Assembly: GCF_008831285.2 (NCBI RefSeq)
Contig: NC_045138.2
Span: 24,986,001 to 25,050,000, forward strand
Direction of reading: 5' to 3'
DNA from: Nymphaea colorata
Lineage: Eukaryota
Length of the DNA: 64,000 bases
In this document: positions 54,953 to 64,000 of the stretch, piece by piece
How positions within the stretch are numbered: the stretch's first letter is position 1
Layout: the number at the start of each line of letters is the position of its first letter
Notes under the pieces: generated by a model
Told to the model about the DNA's origin: nothing
What the model saw: only the letters and a program-made list of their open reading frames with translations
The model's database searches: none
Position numbers and translations under genes: made by a program

Positions 54953-56425
54953 GGTTAAGGCTTCTAACTTCTTCTTCTTCCTCCTTCACCCTTCCTTCCC
55001 GCTTCTTCTTCCTCCTCTTCTTGTGTTGGTTTTGGGACGTCAGAGGGATTTCAAACCAAAATATGCACACTTCTCTTTGGAAAGTTGTTTAAGTCAAGGT
55101 TGTTAGAGGGGATGAGGCCAAGCAAGGCGGTGAGCTTGCCATGAGGCAACACATAACCCTTGAGGACCTGAGGTATTGAAGCGCAAGCTTCAGGATCAAA
55201 ACAGAGAAGTATATAACATCAATAAACAATGATAAAATAAAAAAATATTAACTAAAGTGTTAATTAAAGAAAAAATGCATTTTTGGAAACTAAGAGCCTA
55301 AGACTGAAGAAAACACATGAAGCTTCAGTAGCTATGATATCAGATTCTGCAGACGTCCCAAAACAGGAGCATATCAAAGGTTGAAAAAATGCTTTAATAC
55401 TACAACTTCCAAATTGAAGACGCAGAAAAATATTGAATTATTCTCATCTGCATCTAGGTGTTGTTTCATAAGTTAATTTACAAAATGCAAACTATTTAGA
55501 CCATTCCGTGAGCAAGAACTGAAGTTCATCATATCTTAAGCACATCTCAATGGACAAGAAACAAGCTCATCATACTGATAACTGCTTTCTCCATGAAGCT
55601 AAAACCACATGCACATATTGCCAACTCTTCGATGCATTCAAGCTGAAAGAAAAAATTCTCTAGCATCAAATTTATCAAAAGAAAAACAGATGGGAATGAA
55701 GAAGAAATTACAATCGTGCCCTGCGTGTAAAAGATAATACAGAGAAAAAAATGAAAGGGCATCTCAATTCTCTGACTGCATAGGTACATTCCCTCCTATG
55801 GTCCACTGCGGATCTCAAGAACCCAATACTTCATAGCGAAACAGAACCTACTTTATGGATCCCCGATTATCGATAGCCTCTTATCTCATCTAAACTATGA
55901 AAGACCATTGCAATTCAATAGTATTTCCGACTCTTTTTTTGCTGGATTAATATCATTTCCGGTAATAAAGATAGATAGCTAAGAGCATGCATGAGTCATA
56001 CCCTATTGCCATTAAAGTATGTCATTTGCATAGGCAGGTTTAGATTGTTTACATGGGAGCGCTGCCAAGCCTGCCAGTACAGTTTCAGTCGATGGCATCC
56101 CTTCATGCCAATATTATCAATGAAGTTACGAAAATTAATTGGCAGAGGAACCTGTCAGTCACTAACCAACTCTTGGCCAAAACAGAAGGAAAAATTCATG
56201 ATCTTTGTTTAATGGGGAATGTCACCGAAAATCTGTTTGTCGGCATTACACCAAAATAATCTCAGACGTAACCGCCAAAAACGTCCATATCAGAAAAGCC
56301 TGCAACACTTAATAACCAAAGAGGAAAAGAGAGAGAGGAAGACCTTCCCAGTGCCGATGGAAGCAAGCAGAGAGAGGGAGAGAGAGGCGACGCTAGATTT
56401 CCGAAGGCAATCACACAAGGAGAGA

Positions 56426-56462
<37 letters not shown>

Positions 56463-57120
56463 AGGAGTTGAGGAATCGAGTCCCTCTTCGTTTCAAGTCT
56501 TGGGCATTTCACGGTGGCGCGAGACACGCCCAGGAGTGAAGCGTGCCTTTTTCCTGGACATTTTACCAAAACGCCTCTTGTCGGGAACTCTGGCGGTGGC
56601 GGGCGAGTCACCGGCTCAAAGACATATCACAGGGACACGTCTTCTTATTTGAACGCTCCATTTATGGGTAATTGACAATTTCATACTTACGCTTAACTTA
56701 AACATTTCGAATTCAACGAAGTTTTTTTGTTTTTTTTTCGTGAGTCACTACATTGACAATGCGTCGCGCTCCTACAAGAAACGAACGATGAAAGATTTAA
56801 CGGAAAATGACGTAGCCGACTTTGCCGTGCATATGATTATGATTTCTTCTAACCACTTTTAACATATAAAATTGATGTTCTTTTCTTGAAAAAACAAGTT
56901 TCTTGTGTGAAATTGCTAACAAAGTATAAGGTTGAGTTTGAATGTGACAATTGGCATTACTTTAAGTTGAACTTGGAAAAACGGAAAAAAGAGGAATTCC
57001 GTCTCTCCGCCATGTAGTTGGTAGAGGCATGTCATCAATTTGATTCTCGTGAGGGTCATTCTCTTAAACTATGCTTAGTTAACGGGTTTCGAGCCCAAAA
57101 ACAAGAAAAATAGTATAACT

Positions 57121-57128
57121 TTTGCCTA

Positions 57129-57160
<32 letters not shown>

Positions 57161-57190
57161 ATCCAAAACACCTATTGTCATAGTGAAATA

Positions 57191-57250
<60 letters not shown>

Positions 57251-57276
57251 AAAACACCTATTGTCATAGTGAAATA
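57121..57276. repeat. Compound (CT)n/(TA)n microsatellites interleaved with a 30-bp direct repeat ATCCAAAACACCTATTGTCATAGTGAAATA
   Basis: Copies start at 57161 and 57247, each preceded by a microsatellite run. Confidence 0.9.
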
Positions 57277-57490
57277 GTAACTTAGACGAGTACATGGAGA
57301 TGCAGTGTTGATTTGAATGTCATAAATCATAGCATATTTATAATAGGTACATCTAAACGCTTCTTATTAATCAGCCGAGCGTGAAAATTATGAAGAGAAA
57401 GATTGCTGCGTTTCTGAAGCATGCAAATCTTGATGGATACAAATTTTTAGGCTATCAAGTATGTCGACACTACCTGTTCATTGTTCACAG

Positions 57491-57650
57491 ATATTTGATT
57501 CGCACTACTTTGTGGAGGTTAATAGCCATGCCTGCAACAGGTTTCTGCAGGGTGCTCATGACATTGATGAGGCACTGCAGGAGAAGCTAGAGTAACTACT
57601 TGACATCGAGAAGGCTTTCGTGCATCTTGACTACAAGTATACACACATGG
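57491..57650 (+). pseudogene. Fragment of an MTP (cation diffusion facilitator, Mn-CDF MTP8-11 type) C-terminal exon with a frameshift and an in-frame stop
   Basis: Translates IFDSHYFVEV(frameshift)...[34 protein letters not shown], matching the recalled plant MTP C-terminal motif FGSHYFVEVDIVLP..MPLQEAHDIGESLQEKLE.LPEIERAFVHLDYE.TH. Confidence 0.82.
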
Positions 57651-60102
57651 GCGATCTTCTTGATGAAGTTCTGGACCTTAATTCAACAGCGTGAGACTGT
57701 TCCTTCACAATCTCCTCTCGACGACATGATCAACTCAAGAGGAAAACACAAGTAAAGAAACATCTCGCTATCGAGAGGGCAATTCATGTCTCGAGCTTTC
57801 ACAATAACTACATGATGTTGGCAGTACTGCAATATCATCTCCCTCCAACAGATGCTTGAGAAATATGTCTTCCGAATGCATGCATTACAAGTATTGCACC
57901 AAAATCGATCCATGTTTATATGCTCTTAGTCGACTTGATTTTTGAGAAAGAACTTTTTGAACTAAAGCACAAATCCTGCAAAAACAAATTGCAGGATCTT
58001 TTTCTTTTCCAAATGCAAACATGGCATGATTCCCTGTTTCTTTATAGATTACATCAGATCATATATATGTTTTCCTTCAACAATCTAGGTGCCCAACTGA
58101 TAAATTCTGCAAGTTAATAAAGATTAATTCTAATAATGGAAAAAGGAAAACGGACAAATCAACAAACCTGAATAAACATTACCGTGAAATGGCAACAGGC
58201 AATGAAAAGATACCAATCGTATGATTTGAACTTTGAAAATGTCCAACCACACGTGGTCTTGGCATTACAGAAACCAGAACAAACTCAAGGATCGACACAG
58301 TGGCAATGAAATCAATAGAAGCATTCCATCTTAAAACAACTTCACGAGGAACACCAACTTAGAACTATGTGAAATTGCAAATCAGATGGACTATATCAAG
58401 CAACAAACTCTCAAATTGCGAACAGTGTCTAGTGAGTAAAGATCAGAACATCCGATATGAGCAACATATGGCTCCAGTTTCCCTGCCTTCCAATTTTGAT
58501 ATGCAGTGGCCGATTTCTTGCCGTGGAGAAGGAAAGGCGCGCACCTTTTCATATGAAAAAATGCACTCGAATATGACGCACATACTTCTTCTGCCACACT
58601 CCTAAATAATATAATAACCAAAAAAGCCTGGCCAACAACTTAAAGCAGCAACAGAAAGGCAAAAACATAGTTATATAATTATCAACCAGTCATGTGAAAT
58701 ATGTGTTTCCGGAACACGTGTCATCAAAGGTCATCCTAGCGCCAGTCATAGGTTGGGTTGAACATAACACAGAAAGTGCAGTACATCGAATCAAGTACAT
58801 GCTAAATATATATGAGTTTCTGAGAGCAAAGTGAGATCATGTGCAGCCATCCTCTCTGTGTTTCTTTATCCCCATGAAATGTATTGGTCTTGAGTACAAT
58901 CATATCAATTTGGTAAGATAAAGCAACCACTGTCATGTGACAGACAACTGGGCTCCATTTACCATCTTTGCTCGCCAGTCTTAATAAGTATAAAATTGCT
59001 TGCTGTTAATAAGTTCAATCACATCAATTTGATGATCCAACTTAACCCAGTCTCAATATCTCTCTTCATGTTTTTAAGTACTTCATAACAATGATGGCCC
59101 GTAGCGTAAAGTGTCGTTAGTAGTTTTGTTGGCAAGGATTTTTGAGAGAGAAAGTGAGGGAAAGGGAGAAAGAAGAGACGAAGAATAAGAATAAGAGCAG
59201 ACTTAGCAGCTTTATCGTGGAAAAGATGTTGTGGTCCGGATCGCAAAGAGCTGGCAACGTAAGAGTTGAGTTCCAGTGTTTGTTTCAACTTCTTGTTTAT
59301 GAATTTCACGGTTTTAAATGAACTTGTATATATCCAATCTTAGTTCACTTCATTTGGATGACTAAATAATACGTAAAACGTTCCACAATCTTTAAAACTT
59401 TCAGACGCCTGGTTGGTTGATCGTGATCCTCACTCTAAAAGCTGATTCAAGAGTTTTGAAGATAATCTAAAAGCTTAGAATGAATTTCCCTTAACTTGAA
59501 AAGTTATAAAATATTAACTTTCTTTTTCAATATTACCCGCATCGTTTTAACTATATTTGGTGCTTGAAAATTTATATGTGAAGCTCGTTTTTCGGATTAA
59601 TTAAAAAAGAAATTGGCTCAGAGTAAGGAACATTGGCTGAAAAAAAGGAGAGGCGCAGAAACCTCAACTCCAAGCACGACTTTTTCCCGTGACCCCTTTC
59701 GGGACTTTCGGATCTGGAATCTTCGAATCTTCTTCAAAATCGCGAAATGCAAAGCGACCATTGTCCAGGATCTTGCTTCTTTCCCCCTCGTTCCCGAACC
59801 ATTATCACGAACATAATTGCAAACTTGGGGCCATCGGGCCCCACATTTCCCCGGCGGAGACCATAATTCCAAGAAAGAAGAAGAGCTGTTCCATGCAACC
59901 AACCTCTGCCGTCCAATGTGTCTACGTGGAATTTTGTGACATATATAGAAAATAAAATGAATGATCAGTCGCTCTTATCGATACTTCACCAGCAGCGATG
60001 AACTCTCCCATTTGGCTGTTTCTGATAGAGACTACATCTTTCTCTTTTGGGGAACCACAGAGCGAGAGCGAGAGAGAGAGAGCTGTGTCTTTGTGAGCCA
60101 CG

Positions 60103-63100
60103 ATGGAAGCGAGCTTCCACATAAATCGATCGTTTAATTGCTGCCGGACGCCCTTTCTGGATGGAGGGGGATGGGGGACGATGCCTTCTTCGGTATTCTT
60201 TAACATCTATTTCTCTTATGCACTTTCCTTGATAGTTTCTATAGTCTTGGTTGGTTTTCACGACGGAGATGGATACTTGCCTGCATCTTAATGGAGACAT
60301 TTTAATGCCTCTGTTGGGTCGTGTTCATTGATTGGTTAAGGCTTACGTGTAGTTCTAGACAAGATGAGACGAATACGAATGGAGGAGAGTGCTTCTAGTG
60401 GTACCCATGGGCTTCTCTGCGTCTGAATAGACGAATTGTTTGGTTGTTCCTCATTTCCTCCGGCCCTTTGGTTATCTTCCTGGCTGCAAGATGGAAGTTT
60501 TTGCGCGTAGAACGCCATTGGCAATGATGAAGATGGAAATTGCCCTACCCTTGTGTTCAAACTTTCAGTATGATGCACGACATTATACGGTCGGCCTTTC
60601 TAGAAAAAAGACGTATCGTAATGGCATGTTTGGGATTAAGATAACTGTCCAAATATTGCTGTTGGGACACGAACGTAAGTGCTTTTGTGATGGCAGTACT
60701 ACTGAATTATATTTTAGGTTTCAAAACTACTCTTCAAATATGCGGTTTTGCAAGGTACGTACTCGTTGATAGAATACATCGGTTGGATGTGCTGACATTG
60801 AGGAGGAAAGATGAATACGGATCATTGGGAAACCTGGTTATATGATTCTGAATCTCTGACCATTTGTTAACGAAGCTAGAAGGACGGTTGAATATAAAGA
60901 GCCATTTCGTTTGGCACTCATGTTTGGACTATCTTCTGCGATCATGCGAAAGCACTAGAAACAGACTTAAGTTGATTTTGTTAGCGCAGTTATTTGTGAA
61001 CAAAAATGATCAGCTATCGTAGCGTTTGGCTACTGCTCTCTAAATATGGAAGATTGAAGCATATGTATGCTTGGTTCGTGATAAACGGTTGAAGGGTTCA
61101 CAACATTTATAGATTATCAAAACGTATGAAAATATTGGAGCGCAAATTGAATATCCTAGCAGAGGGTGAGGAAAATTTCAGGGTAGGCACATCTGACCCC
61201 CTTATGCCTTAGGTTCTAAATCTGCACGTCTGGCTGTTAGTCAACCCAGGCTTGTCCTTTTTTTTTTTCTTTAACTTTTAAGACGTCTTCTTCTCTGTCT
61301 CTCTTGTAATGTGGACATAATATTGTGTCCTATGACAACTAAAGCATTTGTCCTAATATCTTTTGTCTTGTTGGTAATATTAATGAGCATGGACACTGAA
61401 AAACTGCCAAGTATATCTGCACAATCTTTCAGAAATTATTGGTATTCATTTGGAATTGTGTTATAAATATCACTTATCTGTTGCTGACTATGGTTATTGT
61501 TGCGTCATATTTTGTTGGAATCCCAGATGGCACTACAATCGAAAGGATTTTCAGGATTCAAAATCCCTTCTAATATTGTTGTGGCTTCAGGTCAGTTGGT
61601 AAAGTATTTGGTGAACATTGCTATTGCAGGATACATAGACAAAAGTCTCTTTGGCCCGTTGGTGTGCTTTTTGCTCAAATAACAAATTTTCTTTGTCCAT
61701 TTTCCCTTTTCCTTCTTGTGTTCTGCACTGAGAAACTGCTGATGAACTTGCAGAATACTCGAGGAAGCAGCAAAGAAAAAGCCCTGCAGCTAAACCAAAA
61801 GTTCCTTTCTCAAAGGGGCACTCGCCAAGTTCCACTTCAAAGTCAAAGACTGATAGAAGTACACAGAAAAGGGTTCAAAGTGATGAAAAAGCTGAAGTCA
61901 GAAATCAGAATTTCAAGGAAACAAGCAGGAAACATGTTGCTGCAAGAGCCCAAACATCTGAGAGCAGTTCATATAGTGGTCCTGATGATGCATTAAAGGA
62001 GGTTAAACTTGATCTGCTGGAAGCAAAGCAAAGTAAGGTTGAACCAGACGTGACTAGTACAATCAAATCTACTGTGTTGGAACCGTTGGAGGGTCAAGTG
62101 GATTCAGCTAGGGATGAGTTGGACAGCACAATATCTTCAATAACTTTTAGTGAATTTGGAAATGGTGTTGCAGGTGAAGAATTGCCTAAAGACAGGCCTG
62201 ATTTACAGAATTTTTTAAGAGACAAACGCAGGGAAGAATCGGTCCCAGACGCAGAAGAACTGTCTAAGGGCACTTTGGAGAATGATATGGCAAAAAAGCA
62301 ACTGCTTGAAAACCTTGCACTTTCCAGCTTCTCATCTGGTAATAAGTTCTTTGTTTATCCTGAAGTTGCAATAGCTAATCATGATATCGAGGTTTTTCTA
62401 AACAGGCAGATGTCTGCCCTGGAAAAAGAACCAAATGTTTTAATAATGGGTGCCTTTAATGGTTGGAGGTGGCAGTCCTTTACCAAGCCATTGCAGAAGA
62501 CAGATTTGCAAGGGGATTGGTGGTCTTGCAAAGTGCATATCCCAAAAGAGGTGTATAGGATGGATTTTGTATTTTTCAATGGTGACAAGGTGTATGAAAA
62601 TAACAATTCACAAGATTTCTATATGCCAGTTGAAGGTGGAATGGATATTTTTGATTTTGAAGATTTTTTGCTCAAGGAGAAAAGGAGAGAGATTGAGAAA
62701 CTTGCAGCTGAACAAGCTGAAAGAGAAAGACGAGCTGCAGAACAGCGGCGGCTGGAGGAGGAGAAAGCTGCAAGTGAGATAGACAAGTTACAAGCAAAGA
62801 CTGAAGCAGGGAAGAGGAGAGAAATATTGCAGCAAATAATGAGGAAGGCTGTTAACTCTGTTCATGATCAATGGTACATAGAGACGTCTCAGTTCATGGG
62901 AGGAGACAAGGTTAAAATATATTATAACCGCAATTCTGGACCGCTTGCACACTGTGGGGAGGTATGGATTCATGGAGGGCATAATAATTGGCAAGATGGA
63001 CTGACAATAGCCGAAAGGCTAGATCATTCAGATGGGAGTTGGTGGTCTGCAGATGGTAGGTCGAACTGTTTCTTAATTTTTTGCCATGCTTGCTGTTAAG

Positions 63101-63944
63101 TGAATAGTGGCAGATAAGGTCCCTCATGTCCAATTTATATGAGAGTAGTGCATGTAATGTTTGGAGGGATATGAACGTACATGTCCATTGCTGCAACTTG
63201 AAAGCATTTTGTTCACCATGCACAAATGGTGGATATCTTTCTCTCGTTGCTGCTGTGCCCAAGTGGGTATGCACTGGCTTCGGGTGCCGCTCTTATAGTT
63301 GATGGTTATTATGCTTTATGTACTAATTCAAATGCATGAATATGTATGTCTATGACTATAATATATGTGTATGTGTATGTGTGTTACTGTCACATGATTA
63401 GCTATACTAAGCTTCTTACATGAAAACACATACACTGTGGCTGCATCTGCACTCAAGTTCTTTCACAAAAATGGTGCAACCTCCATCCACATTGATGTGA
63501 CATAGTTGTATATCATTCATTGACCTTTCCCAAAGTTTTCAGTGGAATGTGGAATACCATGGCATAAAAGTTGCATCCAGTGGATCATAAATGGAACGAT
63601 ACCTCGTTGCTTGGTTAATTGAATTTGCAATCTGATTTTCAGTTTGTTTGAGTTATAAGATCTTTTTAACTAATAGAGAAACTGACTGTTTATGTTTCAT
63701 GACAACATGTGATCTTATTTCTGTTGCAGTTACTGTTCCTGATAGAGCTCTTGTCCTTGATTGGGTGTTTACTGATGGACCACCGGGGCATGCAAAGGTA
63801 TATGATAACAACAAATTGCAGGATTTTCATGCTATTGTGCCTCAATCCATCCCTGAAGATCGATATTGGCTTGAAGAGGAACACCAAATATACATAAAAC
63901 TTCAGCAGGAACGGAAGCTTAAAGAGGAGGCTAAGCGTTTGAAG
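60103..63944 (+). CDS. SS3: Soluble starch synthase III, 5' part (continues beyond window); exons 60103-60192, 61527-61590, 61754-63055, 63730-63944
   Basis: Carbohydrate-binding repeats (FFVYPEV...EVFLNR...NVLIMGAFNGWRW...GDWWSCKVHIPKEVYRMDFVFFNG...YENN; VKIYYNRNSGPL...VWIHGGHNNWQDG; VPDRALVLDWVFTDGPP...YDNNKLQDFHA) are separated by coiled coils. First exon MEASFHINRSFNCC... has a strong context (GCCACGATGG) and phase-compatible GT-AG junctions. The choice of first exon is less certain than the rest. Confidence 0.93.
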
Positions 63945-64000
63945 GTGAGCTGATCCTCAGCATGTGGTTAATAGGCCTCAGCGACTGAGGTATTATCTTG

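Noticed and set aside
57161..57276. CRISPR-like direct repeat pair
   Set aside because: Only two copies, the spacer is a microsatellite, the context is eukaryotic and there are no cas genes.

Overview
Eukaryotic (angiosperm) nuclear DNA: a gene-dense, intron-rich region with (AT)n/(GA)n microsatellites and non-autonomous transposons. I spliced eight protein-coding genes by hand: translation initiation factor eIF1/SUI1 (-), a prolyl 4-hydroxylase (-), an aconitase with an organellar transit peptide (-), an NDUFAF2/NDUFA12-family complex I factor (-), the intronless chloroplast ATP synthase gamma subunit (+), a small uncharacterised plant protein (-), the RRP6-like 3 exonuclease (-) and the 5' part of soluble starch synthase III (+, running off the window). 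Accessory DNA includes an intact 755-bp hAT-type non-autonomous element with an 8-bp TSD, a tRNA-derived SINE with an 18-bp TSD, several degenerate MITEs and an orphan pseudogene fragment of an MTP (CDF) metal transporter. The best leads are (i) a bulge-free 35-bp RNA stem, favoured on the sense strand, that overlaps a cryptic alternative terminal exon in the last aconitase intron, (ii) the EXD2-like architecture of RRP6L3 (N-terminal membrane anchor plus HNH-like C-terminus), and (iii) start-codon and uORF features in several genes. No prokaryotic-type system, CRISPR array, rRNA or true tRNA was found. Family assignments come from recalled motifs, not from database searches.
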